64,000 nt of DNA from Nannocystis bainbridge (GTDB taxonomy: Bacteria > Myxococcota_A > Polyangia > Nannocystales > Nannocystaceae), in assembly GCF_028368995.1 (NCBI RefSeq), contig NZ_JAQNDL010000005.1, forward strand, positions 352,001-416,000, in the 5' to 3' direction. Shown here piece after piece: positions 53,717 to 64,000 of this stretch (position 1 is its first letter; the number at the start of each line of letters is the position of its first letter). The notes beneath the pieces were generated by a model. The model did not search any database, was not told the DNA's origin, and was given only the letters and a program-made list of their open reading frames with translations. Made by a program: the position numbers and the translations under genes.

Positions 53717-55148
53717 GCGATGGCGATCGATCGCCGCCGTGACGGCGGCCTGCACCCTGTCGCTCGCGCTCGGCTGCGCCGGTCTGCTGGGCGACAACAA
53801 GGCCCGGGAGGCCAGCCAGGAGGTGCCGCAGTCGTTCGGCGCGCTGGCGACCGCGAGCGGCCCGAGCGTCGCGGTGCAGCAGCAGTGGGACTCGTTCTTC
53901 GCCGACCCCGATCTGCGGGCGCTGATCGAGACGGCCCTGAAGAACAACCAGCAGCTCAACATCCAGCTGCAGGAGATCATCATCGCCCAGAACAGCGCCG
54001 CGCGGCTGCGCGGCGACTACTTGCCGCGGCTCGAGGCGGGGGTCGGCGCCGGCGTCGAGAAGCCCGGCGAGCACACCGCGGAGGGGGTCGCCCACCGCCT
54101 TCACAACCTGCCGCGGCCGCTCGGCGACTTCCGCTTCGGCTTCGCGGCCTCGTGGGAGACTGACATCTGGAGCAGCCTGCGCAACGCCCGGAAGGCGGCG
54201 GTGCTGCAGTACGAGGCGTCGATCGAGGAGCAGCACTTCCTCGTCACCGAGATCGTGGCCGAGCTCGCCAACTCGTACTACGACCTGGTCGCGCTCGACA
54301 TCCAGATCGAGATCCTCGACCGCAACATCGAGCTGCAGAAGAACGCGCTCGAGGTGGTCAAGCTCAAGAAGCTGGCGGCCCGCGACACCGAGCTCGGGGT
54401 CCAGCGGTTCCAGGCCGAGGTGCAGAAGAACCAGGGCCGGCGGTTCGCGCTCGAGCAGCAGCGGATCATCGTCGAGAACCGCGTCAACTTCCTGGTCGGG
54501 CGGTTCCCGCAGCCGGTCGCGCGCAACACCCGGACCTTCGAGGCCGCCCGGCCCGACATCGTCGCCGCGGGCCTGCCCTCGGACCTGCTCGACAACCGCC
54601 CCGACGTGAAGGCGGCCGAGCTGCGGCTCGAGGCGTCGAAGCTCGACACCCGCAGCGCGAAGGCCAAGTTCTACCCGTCGCTGCGGCTCGACGCCGGCAT
54701 CGGCTTCGAGTCGTTCAACCTGCAGCACCTCGTCGATCCGCGGTCGCTGGCGTTCAACCTGGCCGGCGGCCTGGTCGCCCCGCTGCTCAACCGCGCGGCG
54801 ATCAAGGCCGACTACCGCTCGGCCAACGCCCGCCAGGTCCAGGCGGTGTTCGACTACGAGCGATCGATCCTGCAGGCGTACACCGACGTGTACAACCAGC
54901 TGACCGCCATCTCGAACCTGCGCCAGCGCTACGACCAACTGGCGAGCCAGGTCGAGACGCTGCACGCGGCCATCGAGGTGTCGAAGGTCCTCTATCAATC
55001 GGCCCACGTCGATTATTACGAGGTGCTGATGATCGTGCGCGACTCGCTCGAGGCCGAGATGGACCTGATCGAGGCGAAGAAAGATCAGATGCAGGCGGTG
55101 GTGTCGATCTACCAGGCGCTGGGCGGCGGCTGGCGACAAAGCCAATGA
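53709..55148 (+). CDS. outer membrane efflux lipoprotein (TolC/NodT family)
   Basis: LALGC lipobox; ASWETDIW; LPSDLLDNRPDV; YQALGGG. Confidence 0.95.
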   Translation: MRKRWRSIAAVTAACTLSLALGCAGLLGDNKAREASQEVPQSFGALATASGPSVAVQQQWDSFFADPDLRALIETALKNNQQLNIQLQEIIIAQNSAARLRGDYLPRLEAGVGAGVEKPGEHTAEGVAHRLHNLPRPLGDFRFGFAASWETDIWSSLRNARKAAVLQYEASIEEQHFLVTEIVAELANSYYDLVALDIQIEILDRNIELQKNALEVVKLKKLAARDTELGVQRFQAEVQKNQGRRFALEQQRIIVENRVNFLVGRFPQPVARNTRTFEAARPDIVAAGLPSDLLDNRPDVKAAELRLEASKLDTRSAKAKFYPSLRLDAGIGFESFNLQHLVDPRSLAFNLAGGLVAPLLNRAAIKADYRSANARQVQAVFDYERSILQAYTDVYNQLTAISNLRQRYDQLASQVETLHAAIEVSKVLYQSAHVDYYEVLMIVRDSLEAEMDLIEAKKDQMQAVVSIYQALGGGWRQSQ

Positions 55149-55441
55149 CCGCGGGCCGGGGGCGTTCGCCCGGCTTCGTGCGATGATTGGCGGCAGTGGT
55201 TCTCGGCGAGTCGTCGCTCTCGCCCGTGCGCCGATTCTCAGGGATGGTTGGCCGCCTGACGATTCACGGGCCGTGCGCGTAAGCAGGCGCCCGGGCCCGT
55301 GCGACGATTCGCGGCGGTGGTTCGTCGCCGTTCGGCGCGCTGGCCGCCCGCGCGGGCAGGCGCCCCGGGCCCGTGATACCCTGCCCACCCGTGCCTCGCC
55401 CCGGCAAACGCTCCGAGCCGCCCGCGCCGGTGCCCGGCGAA

Positions 55442-58165
55442 ATGGCGCTGCGGGCCCTCCGCGAGCTCGTCGCGGGCTTCCCGGCCGACGCCGCGGCCAC
55501 GGAGCCCGACCTCCGGCCGCTGCGCCGCGCGCTGGTCCGGCGGGTGACGCGATGGATGTTTCGCCTGCACGCCGGGGCGCGCGGGCTCGAGTGGGGTGAT
55601 TCGCTGTGGCGCCTGTGCGCCGAGGCCGGGGATGCGCCGTCGCTCGCGCAGGCCCGCGCGCTCGCATGCGAGGACCTCGTGGACGGCCCGCAGCCGGACG
55701 CCGCGGCGGTGGGTCGGGCCCTGCAAGCCCTGCAAGCTGTCGACGATCCGCGAGCTTGGTACCGCGACCTCGACCTCGAGGCGCTCGGCGGGGTCCACGA
55801 GTCGCTGCTCGACTACCGCCTGCTGCGTCTGCGCGGGCCAGGGCTCGAGCTCGGCCCGGGGGACGTGGTGATCGATCTGGCGGAGATCCTGTCTCATGAG
55901 CCAGACGCGCGAATGGCCAGGGTCGCGGCCGCCGGTGGGTCGCCCGACGCCGCGCTGCAGCAGGCGCTGGTCTCGGCGCGCACGCCCGCGGAGGTCCTCG
56001 AGTCCCTGGCGCTGCGACCCCCGCGGCGAGCGCACCAGATCTTGCCGGCCGGGTCGCTGGTCGTGGCGCCAGGCGAGGATCGGCGGCGCGCCGGGGCTCA
56101 CTACACGCCGCGCGGGCTGGCCGACCCGATCGTGAACACCGCCTTGGGCCCGCTGCTGGTGGCCCTGGGCGAGCGGCCGACGCCGACGCAGCTGCTGGCG
56201 CTGAAGCTGTGCGATCCGGCGACCGGCTGCGGGGCGTTCCTGCTGGCGGCCTGCCGCCTGCTCGGCGACCGGCTCGAGCGCGCGTGCCACGATCATGGTG
56301 TCACGATCGCGGCCGGGGTCGACGCGACCGCGCTCGCGCGCCGCGAGGTCGCCCTGCATTGCCTGCACGGGGTCGACAAGGACCCCGACGCCGCCGAGCT
56401 GACGCGGCTCTCGCTGTGGCTGCTGACCGGCGCAAGCGGCTCTCCGGACGAATTCATGAGCGCGGCGGTGCGCTGCGGCGACGCGCTGGTCGGGCTCGAC
56501 CGGGCCCGTATCGCCGCGTTTTCATGGCACCCCGACGCGGACGAGCCAACGAGGGCGGAAGACCGCCCACATTCGCGCGAACGGCCGATCGGCGACGCGG
56601 CGGTCGCCGTGTTCTTCGCCCACGACAGCGACCGCCGCCGCGACGAGCAGCGCGAACGGCTGGCCCGCGCCACGGTGGAGCCGGCCCGCCGCGGCGACCC
56701 CGGGGCCCTCGCTGCCTTGACGCGCCTGGCGGCCGGGCTCGGCGACCTCGGGGTGCTGCCATTTCACTGGGAGCTCGAGTTCCCGACGGTGTTCGCCCGC
56801 GACGAGCCCGGGTTCGACGGCTTCATCGGCAACCCGCCCTTCTTTTGGGGCAACCGCATCGGCCGCGCGTTCGGCGATCGTTACCGCGATTGGCTGCTGC
56901 GCACCTGCCCGGGCGCGCACGGCAACAGCGACCTCGCGGCTTATTTTCTCCGGCGGTGCTTCGCCCTGCTGCGCCGGGGCGGCACGCTCGGGTTCGTCAC
57001 CACCAACTCGATCGCCGAGGCCGACACCCGCGCCACCGGCCTCGAGCCGCTGCTGCGCGCCGGCGGCGTCGTCTACGAGGCGGTCCGCAGCGCCGCCTGG
57101 GACGGCGGCGCCAGCGTGCGCGTCGCCCACGTGTTCGTGATCAAGGGCCCGTGGTCCGGGGTGCGTCGGCTCGACGGCGAGGCGGTGACCGCCATCGGCA
57201 GCGACCTGCGGCGGCCGCGAGCGGCGTGGACGGCCGTGCGCCTGCGCGAGCGCGCGGGGGAGAGCTTCAAGGGCGTCGATTTCGGCGGCACCGGCTTCCT
57301 GCTGACACCCGCCCAGCGCGAAGCGCTCGTCGGCGCGGCGCCGCACGAGGCGGCCTGCATCTGGCCGGTGATGAACGCCAGCACCTTCACCTCGTCGCCG
57401 CACGTGCGGCCGGCCGGCTTCATCATCAACTTCACCGGGCTGACGCTGGCGGAGGCGGAGCAGTTCCCGCGCTGCCTGGCGATCGTGCGCGAGCGGGTGC
57501 TGCCGCGCCGCGCGATCGACAAGCGCAAGGCCCGGCGCGAGCGCTGGTGGCTCTACAACGAGGCCTGCAGCGGGCTTTATCGGGCGATCGCCGGCAAGGC
57601 CGCGGTGCTCGCCTGCCCCGTGGTCGCCAAGTACGTCACCTTCGCCCTCGTCGACGCCCACGCGGTGTTCACCAACGCGCTCAACGTGTTCACGTTCGAC
57701 GACCACGCGTCCCTCGCGGTGTTGCAGTCCCGCGTGCACGAGCTGTGGGCCTTGACGCAAGGCTCGAGCCTGCGGGCCGACCCGCGCTACAACCCCTCCG
57801 ATTGCTTCGAGACGTTCCCGATGCCGCCCGAGTGGCGACATTCGCATTTTCTCGCCGATGCCGGGCGGCGCTACGACGAATGCCGGCGCCGGATGATGAT
57901 CGCCGGCGATATCGGTCTGACGCGCCTCTACAATCGCTTTCACGATCCAGCCGATCGCGCGGACGATATCGCCGAGCTGCGCGAGCTCCACGCGGCCCTC
58001 GATCGCGCGACCCTGACCGCCTACGGCTGGGACGACCTGGCGACGCGCGCGAGCGCGGAGTTCGCGGCCCGCGGCGACGGCACCCGCCTTGCGTGGCTGC
58101 CGGCGCTGGCCGACGCGCTGCTGGGCCGCCTCCTGACCCTGAATCAGCAGCGCGCCGGCGGGTGA
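55442..58165 (+). CDS. Type IIG/MmeI-like N6-adenine DNA methyltransferase with TRD; no recognisable nuclease domain
   Basis: LGGVHESLL, HYTP, CDPATGCGAFL, FHWELEFP, GNPPF, RYNPSDCFETFP, LTRLYNRFH, LDRATLTAYGW. Confidence 0.85.
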   Translation: MALRALRELVAGFPADAAATEPDLRPLRRALVRRVTRWMFRLHAGARGLEWGDSLWRLCAEAGDAPSLAQARALACEDLVDGPQPDAAAVGRALQALQAVDDPRAWYRDLDLEALGGVHESLLDYRLLRLRGPGLELGPGDVVIDLAEILSHEPDARMARVAAAGGSPDAALQQALVSARTPAEVLESLALRPPRRAHQILPAGSLVVAPGEDRRRAGAHYTPRGLADPIVNTALGPLLVALGERPTPTQLLALKLCDPATGCGAFLLAACRLLGDRLERACHDHGVTIAAGVDATALARREVALHCLHGVDKDPDAAELTRLSLWLLTGASGSPDEFMSAAVRCGDALVGLDRARIAAFSWHPDADEPTRAEDRPHSRERPIGDAAVAVFFAHDSDRRRDEQRERLARATVEPARRGDPGALAALTRLAAGLGDLGVLPFHWELEFPTVFARDEPGFDGFIGNPPFFWGNRIGRAFGDRYRDWLLRTCPGAHGNSDLAAYFLRRCFALLRRGGTLGFVTTNSIAEADTRATGLEPLLRAGGVVYEAVRSAAWDGGASVRVAHVFVIKGPWSGVRRLDGEAVTAIGSDLRRPRAAWTAVRLRERAGESFKGVDFGGTGFLLTPAQREALVGAAPHEAACIWPVMNASTFTSSPHVRPAGFIINFTGLTLAEAEQFPRCLAIVRERVLPRRAIDKRKARRERWWLYNEACSGLYRAIAGKAAVLACPVVAKYVTFALVDAHAVFTNALNVFTFDDHASLAVLQSRVHELWALTQGSSLRADPRYNPSDCFETFPMPPEWRHSHFLADAGRRYDECRRRMMIAGDIGLTRLYNRFHDPADRADDIAELRELHAALDRATLTAYGWDDLATRASAEFAARGDGTRLAWLPALADALLGRLLTLNQQRAGG

Positions 58166-58169
58166 GCGC

Positions 58170-58481
58170 TCACTCCTCGTCGGGGAAGGTAAATCGCAGG
58201 CTCACGTCCTCGCCGCCGGCCGCGGCGATCCGGCCGCGCAGGCGCTCTTCCGTCTCGGCCGACCAGACGCCGAAGCGACTGATGATCACCGGCCCGGTGG
58301 TGTACGCCTCCATGCGGACGACCGGGTCGCGGGCGCTGCCGCCACGGATGTCGACGACGACATCGAGCTTGTCGAAGCCCTCGTCCTGGTAGGCCCACGC
58401 CGCGAGGGCGGCGAGGACCTCGTCCTTGCGCTGCCGCGGCCACTTTCCGACCCTGGCGACGAACTCGAGATTGACCGACAT
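58170..58481 (-). CDS. small hypothetical protein
   Basis: 103-aa ORF MSVNLEFVARV... with genome-like codon usage. Confidence 0.6.
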   Translation of the reverse strand: MSVNLEFVARVGKWPRQRKDEVLAALAAWAYQDEGFDKLDVVVDIRGGSARDPVVRMEAYTTGPVIISRFGVWSAETEERLRGRIAAAGGEDVSLRFTFPDEE

Positions 58482-58621
58482 GGGCGCGAACCTAACACGC
58501 GCCCCGGCCCTGCACGACGGGGACGCCACCTGCCGCGATTCGGAACTTCCCCGGGCGCACGCCTGCGCGGCGCCTGACGAATCGGGCCTCGCGACCGCGA
58601 TTCGTCCGGGCTGAGCTTCTT

Positions 58622-59548
58622 TCACGCCAGCGGCAGATACAGCTCGGTGCGAAGCTGCTCGGGCGGCGCGTTGGTGGGGTTGTTGCGGTACAGCTCGTAG
58701 CTGTGGCCCTCCCCGACCCGCTGACCGCTGCGCGGCAGCCATTCGCCCATCAGGCGCGACCAGGCGTCGCCGAGCCCGGTGTACGGGCCGACGTGCACCG
58801 TCTTCGCGTAGCGCCCGGCCGGCAGGTGCTGCTCGCCGAGGCCGGCCGGCAGAGCCACGTCCGCGGGCACCACCAGGCCGGCGTCGGCGCGAAGCTGCTC
58901 CGGCGGAGTGACCTCGGGGTCGTCGTAATAGATGGCGACCATCGCCGCCTCGGGGAATCGCAGCAGTCCGGCCGGACCGACCAGCGCGCCGAGGCGGGCG
59001 AAGGCCGCGGAGATCCCATTGTAGGGACCGACGTGGGTGACGGTGGCGACCCGCAGCGCGGGCAGGGTCTCGATGTCGACGTTCATGATGGACTCCTTGG
59101 TGGCGATATGGACGACGAGCTCGCGCGTCGGGTCGTCGCAGTAGTGCACGCCCGAGGGCGCGGCGAGCTCGGGTTGCGGCGGACGCATGCAGCCGGTCCG
59201 CGGGTCGAGCACGCCCTGGCGAAAGGCCGACGGCGAGGCGCCGTAGGCCTGACGAAAGGCGCGGGTGAAGGCCTCGTGGGTCTCGTAGCCGGCGTCGAAG
59301 GCGATCGCGGTGACGCCGGCGTCGCTGGTCAGCAAGGCCCTCGCGGCCCGCTCGAGCCGCAGCCGGCGGTGCATCTCGAGCGGCGTCTCGCCGACCATGC
59401 CGCGGAACACGCGATGGAAGTGAAACGGCGACAGCGCGGCCCCGCGGGCCAGCGCCGCCAGATCGAGCGCCCGGTCGAGCGACTGCGCGATCTGCCCGAT
59501 CGTGCGCAGCACCGCCGCTTCGTAGAAGGATCGCGTCTCCGGCTTCAC
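58622..59548 (-). CDS. AraC regulator with C-terminal GyrI-like effector domain
   Basis: LSPFHFHRVF...AGYETHEAFTRAF; HVGPY, YYDDP, LPAGRYA, LRTELYLP. Confidence 0.92.
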   Translation of the reverse strand: MKPETRSFYEAAVLRTIGQIAQSLDRALDLAALARGAALSPFHFHRVFRGMVGETPLEMHRRLRLERAARALLTSDAGVTAIAFDAGYETHEAFTRAFRQAYGASPSAFRQGVLDPRTGCMRPPQPELAAPSGVHYCDDPTRELVVHIATKESIMNVDIETLPALRVATVTHVGPYNGISAAFARLGALVGPAGLLRFPEAAMVAIYYDDPEVTPPEQLRADAGLVVPADVALPAGLGEQHLPAGRYAKTVHVGPYTGLGDAWSRLMGEWLPRSGQRVGEGHSYELYRNNPTNAPPEQLRTELYLPLA

Positions 59549-59744
59549 GAGCACAGACGTACCGCAGCCCGGACCCGCCGACTTGACGGGCCTTGCGAAT
59601 TTGCCCGAAACGACGCCAGAGCCCGTTCTGTGGCCCGCCACGGCCCGGCTCGGCGAGTGAGCCACGGCCTGACGCCTCGCGCTGCCCGACGAGACGGACC
59701 GTCGCGTCGTGCTGCGCGAGGCGCCTTTGCGGGGCGGCGCCTGA

Positions 59745-60764
59745 CTAAAACTTCCCGGACCCGCCGGAGGCGCCGAGCACTTGCCCCGTGCAATAGCTCG
59801 ACTCCGCCGACGCGAGCAGCACATACAGCGGGGCGATCTCCGCCGGCTGGCCCGGGCGGCCGAGCGGCGTATCACCGCCGAAGTTCGTCAGCTTGTCCGG
59901 CAGCTGGCCGCCGCTCGGCTGCAGCGGCGTCCAGAACGGCCCGGGCGCGATCGCGTTGACGCGGATCCCCTGCGGCGCGAGCTGCTTGGCCAGCGACTTC
60001 GAGAAGGCGACGATCGCCGCCTTGGTCTGCGCATAGTCGAGGAGGTTGGCCGACGGGTCGACGGCCTGGACCGACGCGGTGTTGATGATCGACGCGCCGG
60101 CCGGCAGGTGCGGCAGCGCGGCCTTGGTGATCCAGAACATCGCGTACACGTTGGTCTTGAAGGTCGCGTCGAATTCCTCGGTGGTCAGCTCGAGGATCGA
60201 TCTGCGCTGCTGCTGACGGGCCGCGTTGTTGACGAGGATGTCGAGCCCGCCGAGCTGCGAGATCGCGGACGCGACCATCTGCTTGCAGAACGCCTCGTCG
60301 CGGATGTCCCCGGGGACAGCCACCGCCTTGCGGCCCTCGGCGCGGATCAACGCGATCACCTCCTGCGCGTCCGACTCCTCGGCCGGCAGGTAGTTGATGG
60401 CCACGTCGGCGCCCTCGCGCGCGAAGGCGATCGCCGCCGCGCGACCGATGCCCGAGTCCCCGCCGGTCAGCAGCGCCTTGCGCCCGACCAACCTGCCGGA
60501 GCCGCGGTAGCTCTGCTCGCCGTGATCGGGTCGCGGCGTCATCTTGCTCGCCAGCCCCGGCCACGGCTGCTGCTGCTTGGGGAACGGCGGGCGCGGGTAC
60601 AGCGTGGTCGGGTCCTGCAGCCGGGCCGGCTTCGCCGAAGCGGCGGCGCTCGCGGGCGCGGCGGCGGCAGTGGCCGGGCCCGCGACGGCTGCCGCCGCCA
60701 GCCCGACGCCCATCGTGCCGACCATTCGACGCCGCGTGATCGTGTCGCTGTCCTTCGGGTTCAT
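59745..60764 (-). CDS. YghA-like SDR oxidoreductase with twin-arginine-like leader
   Basis: [37 protein letters not shown]; N-terminal TRRRMV plus hydrophobic stretch. Confidence 0.92.
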   Translation of the reverse strand: MNPKDSDTITRRRMVGTMGVGLAAAAVAGPATAAAAPASAAASAKPARLQDPTTLYPRPPFPKQQQPWPGLASKMTPRPDHGEQSYRGSGRLVGRKALLTGGDSGIGRAAAIAFAREGADVAINYLPAEESDAQEVIALIRAEGRKAVAVPGDIRDEAFCKQMVASAISQLGGLDILVNNAARQQQRRSILELTTEEFDATFKTNVYAMFWITKAALPHLPAGASIINTASVQAVDPSANLLDYAQTKAAIVAFSKSLAKQLAPQGIRVNAIAPGPFWTPLQPSGGQLPDKLTNFGGDTPLGRPGQPAEIAPLYVLLASAESSYCTGQVLGASGGSGKF

Positions 60765-61139
60765 GCGCGCGCAAGGATGGACCCGCCGGCTCGCCGCGCC
60801 AGCTCGCGGCCGGTCGGCACAGGCCAGCCTCGAGCGGCGCGCCATCGACCGCGCGCGTGACGGCTGGGCCGGCCGACCGGGGCGGCTCGCAGCCGAGCGG
60901 CGCAGGGTGCGGCGCCACGAGGCCAGCGCGGCGGAGGCCTCACCGGTGCACAGGAGCCCGACCCGCGAGCTCGGGCACGAAGCCCCATGGCGAAGTCGCA
61001 GCGGACACGGGACGGCGCGGCTGCTCCTGCCACCGAAGGACCAGCGTCGCCCCACGAGCCCGCGCGGCCGCGCTCCGAACGTTTTTTCAGTCGCCCCGGC
61101 AATTCGCGGCCCGCCGCCGGCGACTCCAGCGCTGCGGAA

Positions 61140-62558
61140 ATGACGATGCCCCGACTCATCCTCTCCTCGACCCTGCTGACCTTCGTCGCCGCGTGTCCTG
61201 CCGACCCGGCGAGCACGACCGCCGACCCCTCCACGTCGGACTCGTCCTCCGACGCGACCTCGACCGACGGATCCGACGCGACCTCCGAGGCCCCCACCTC
61301 GACCGGCGACGCATCGACCACCGAGGACGACCCGACGACCAGCACGACTGGCACGACCGACTCGACCGGCGACACGAGCAACACCGGCATGCCCGCCGGC
61401 GGCTGCGGCGACGGCGTGCTCGACGACGGCGAGGCCTGCGACGACGGCAACGACGCCGCCGAGGACGGCTGCGAGGCGTGCCAGCCGGTCGCGCACGTCG
61501 ACTGGACCGTCCAGCTCCCCGGCGACGCCGGCGGCCATGACCGCGCCCGCGACGTCGCCATCACCCCCGATGGCACGATCCTCGTCGTCGGCTACCAGGA
61601 CGGCACGGCCGGCGTCCGCCGCCCGCTGATCGTCGCTCTCGCGCCCGACGGCAGCGTGCTGTGGAAATACGTGCACCCGAGCGAGCACGACTACGGCGGC
61701 TACGAATCGATCGCGCTCGCCGAAGACGGCACGTACTACGTCGCCGGCTACCTCACGATCGATCCGGGCAACGCGACCTCCGCGGCGCTCCACAAGTTCT
61801 CGGCCGACCATGCGCTCGAGTGGGTCCACGAGCAGCCGGCGCCCACCAACAGCAACGCCTTCGCGCAGGGCGTCGCGCTCGCGGACGACGCCGTCTATAC
61901 CGCTGGCGCCGAGAACGGCGCGCCGATGCAGATGTTCGTCCGCCGCCATGACCTCGCCACCGGCGCGACGACGTGGGCGTGGAACGGCTCCGACCCCGAA
62001 GCCTCGGCGCGCGCGAACGGCCTCGCCGTCGCCGGCGACCGCCTGGTCGTCGTCGGCTCCTGGGTCATCGATGGCGAGGACCATCCGCTCGCCGCGGCCC
62101 TCGATTCGCAGGGCAACTTGATCACCCACGTCACCACCAACCTGAAAGGCGAGCTCACCGACGTCGAGGCGATCGGCGACGAGGTCGTGATCTCCGGCTG
62201 GCACGTCCCGCTCGACAGCTCGCCGCTGCTGTGGCGCTCCGACCTCGACCTCAACTCCGTCTGGAAGGAATTTCCCGAGACCGACGGTCAGCTCCACGGC
62301 GTCGCCGCCGATCCGTCGCGCGGGCTGATCGTCGCCGGCCTGGTCGGACACCCCGACTACGACGCCGACATCCACGTCGGGCTCCACGGCGACGCCGGCA
62401 ACCAGCTATGGTCGAGCGTCGCCACCGGCATGACGCCGGACGGGGACGACCGCGGCGAAGACGTCGCCTTCGGCCCCCACTCGTTCGTCGCCGTCGGCGG
62501 CGTGGGCGGCCCGGACGGCACCTACGACCTGTGGATCCGCCGCGTCCTGTTCGGCTGA
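61140..62558 (+). CDS. lipoprotein with Ser/Thr-rich linker, Cys-rich repeat and beta-propeller (paralog of 40434)
   Basis: FVAAC lipobox; [16 protein letters not shown]; [10 protein letters not shown] shared with 40434. Confidence 0.82.
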   Translation: MTMPRLILSSTLLTFVAACPADPASTTADPSTSDSSSDATSTDGSDATSEAPTSTGDASTTEDDPTTSTTGTTDSTGDTSNTGMPAGGCGDGVLDDGEACDDGNDAAEDGCEACQPVAHVDWTVQLPGDAGGHDRARDVAITPDGTILVVGYQDGTAGVRRPLIVALAPDGSVLWKYVHPSEHDYGGYESIALAEDGTYYVAGYLTIDPGNATSAALHKFSADHALEWVHEQPAPTNSNAFAQGVALADDAVYTAGAENGAPMQMFVRRHDLATGATTWAWNGSDPEASARANGLAVAGDRLVVVGSWVIDGEDHPLAAALDSQGNLITHVTTNLKGELTDVEAIGDEVVISGWHVPLDSSPLLWRSDLDLNSVWKEFPETDGQLHGVAADPSRGLIVAGLVGHPDYDADIHVGLHGDAGNQLWSSVATGMTPDGDDRGEDVAFGPHSFVAVGGVGGPDGTYDLWIRRVLFG

Positions 62559-62629
62559 TTCTCGATCGACGAGCGCGACACGCGTCGCAGCGGTCGAAGC
62601 CCGTGTTGCCGTGTCCCGTGTCGCTCTCG

Positions 62630-63118
62630 TCAGGGCGCGGTCCGGGGCGCCCGCGCGCGAGGGATGCTCCGAAGCCAGGCCTGGACCTGCTTACGATACT
62701 GGCGTTCGATCTCGAAGCTCAGCACCTCACCGTGGGTCTCGGTGACCACCGTGAGGATGCTGGTGAAGAAGCTGAGCGACGCGGACTCGATATCCCCCAC
62801 CGCGACGCTCACCGATCCCGCGACGGCGCGCACCTGCTCCTCGGGCCGAAGCGGCTGAACCTGGGCGAGCATTCGTGCCCCTTCGGCGGCCGTGTCGATC
62901 ACGTCGCGCGAATGCTCCGCGAGATCGAGGAGCGCGCCCATGAGCCCGCCACCTCCGCCGGCCTGCTGATGGGTCTCCCAGCCCTGCACGAAATAGAGGC
63001 AGTCCATCGCGAGGATGAGCCGGCCGTGGTCGGCTCGGCGCTCTCGCGGATCGAGGCTCGCCAGCCTGCGGGTGACGCTCTCGAGGACAAAAGGCCGGAC
63101 CGCGTAACCATGAACCAT
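62630..63118 (-). CDS. hypothetical protein, possibly a 5'-degraded pseudogene
   Basis: protein-like ORF; the reading frame continues upstream past an in-frame TGA. Confidence 0.4.
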   Translation of the reverse strand: MVHGYAVRPFVLESVTRRLASLDPRERRADHGRLILAMDCLYFVQGWETHQQAGGGGGLMGALLDLAEHSRDVIDTAAEGARMLAQVQPLRPEEQVRAVAGSVSVAVGDIESASLSFFTSILTVVTETHGEVLSFEIERQYRKQVQAWLRSIPRARAPRTAP

Positions 63119-63612
63119 TCGCGCGCGAGCGTATCACGCAGGAGCATCGCCGTGGCCGTCGTGGCCGAGGTCCGCGCTGACGAAGGCGATACCCGCTCGA
63201 ATCGCGAATCGCGGCAGCGGATATGCTCGTAGTCGGTTTAATCAAGCATCGCCGCCTCATGCTTCTCGGGGAGCGCGGTGTGCCGGTTCGCTCCTGCCGC
63301 GAGCGCTTCGCAGGACCGCCTACTGCGTCACCAGCGCGAAGCGGACAGGCACCGAGGAGCTCACGTCTGACGGACCTGCAAGCACGTGTCCCACCACGGA
63401 GCGGACCATGCGAAGCCTGGCGCGTTACGCTCCGACCCGTACGCAGCCAGCACCATGCGTCAGAGGCGTTGGCGACCGCGACGACGCGGCCGCCCCTCCT
63501 CGGATTTAGCGCACGACGGGGCCGCATCGGACCGTCTTGACCGTCCATTTTATTGAACTAACGTTCCGTACAGTGGATCGCGCGACCGCGGTCCCCTTGT
63601 CCACGAGGTCTC

Positions 63613-64000
63613 ATGAGCATCGACTCTTTGTTCCGGCCGCTGCAGGTCCGTTCGCTGCGCCTGCCCAACCGCATCGTCATGGCCCCCATGACTCGCTCCT
63701 TCTCGCCGGGTGGCATCCCGACGGCCGAAGTCGCCGCGTACTACCGCCGGCGCGCGCAGGGCGAGGTCGGGCTCATCGTCACGGAGGGCACGGTGGTCGA
63801 GCGTCCGGCGGCGCGCAACGACGCCAACGTGCCGGTGTTCCACGGCGACGCCCTGCCGCAGTGGAAGCGCGTGGCCGACGAGGTGCACGCCGCGGGCGGG
63901 AGGATCGCGCCGCAGTTGTGGCACGTCGGGTCGTCGCGCGGCACAGGGGCCGACTGGCGGCCGCTCGGTCGCGTCGACAGCCCGTCGGGGCTGGTCACGC
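63613..64000 (+). CDS. NADH:flavin oxidoreductase (Old Yellow Enzyme family), runs off the window
   Basis: LPNRIVMAPMTR, YYRRRA, GLIVTEG, VHAAGG, QLWHVG; GAGG RBS. Confidence 0.92.
   Translation, partial: MSIDSLFRPLQVRSLRLPNRIVMAPMTRSFSPGGIPTAEVAAYYRRRAQGEVGLIVTEGTVVERPAARNDANVPVFHGDALPQWKRVADEVHAAGGRIAPQLWHVGSSRGTGADWRPLGRVDSPSGLVT

Noticed and set aside
61210-61390. Thr/Ser/Asp-rich repetitive DNA
   Set aside because: Ordinary low-complexity lipoprotein linker.
63100-63240. In-frame TGA upstream of ORF 62630..63118 as a third Sec codon
   Set aside because: No Cys-type redox motif or evident hairpin, and a second stop lies close upstream; decay is more likely.

Overview
Very GC-rich bacterial DNA whose gene content (several sigma54 activators, a Hanks-type kinase, ECF/FecR modules, Cys-rich 'CGDG..D.GE.CDDGN' lipoproteins, an RsbR-like STAS protein) points to a myxobacterium, perhaps Nannocystis-like (inference). 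There are about 50 CDSs and no rRNA, tRNA, transposase or cas gene. Main observations: (1) two genes about 2 kb apart, a DUF3179 protein (UxxC) and an AhpD/CMD-like protein (CxxU), are each split by an in-frame TGA at a catalytic Cys position, in the same TAT-TGA-ACG-C context and followed by a SECIS-like hairpin, so both are likely selenoproteins missed by the ORF track; (2) a 14-bp palindromic unit TGTCC-N4-GGACA recurs in at least 8 intergenic clusters, as tandem 14-bp arrays and as a 38-bp-period array with unique spacers; (3) a globin-coupled sensor kinase/NtrC pair has a locally readable sigma54 regulon with tandem GCA-N5-TGCAC enhancers, and one target is a GAFTGA-less pseudo-activator; (4) a small secreted ORF ending in RGPP (candidate ribosome-arrest peptide) lies upstream of an orphan HlyD gene; (5) there are two stand-alone defence-type genes, a SauUSI-like PLD-helicase-DUF3427 protein and a Type IIG/MmeI-like methyltransferase. 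All calls come from motif reading by eye, with no database searches, and many start codons are best estimates.
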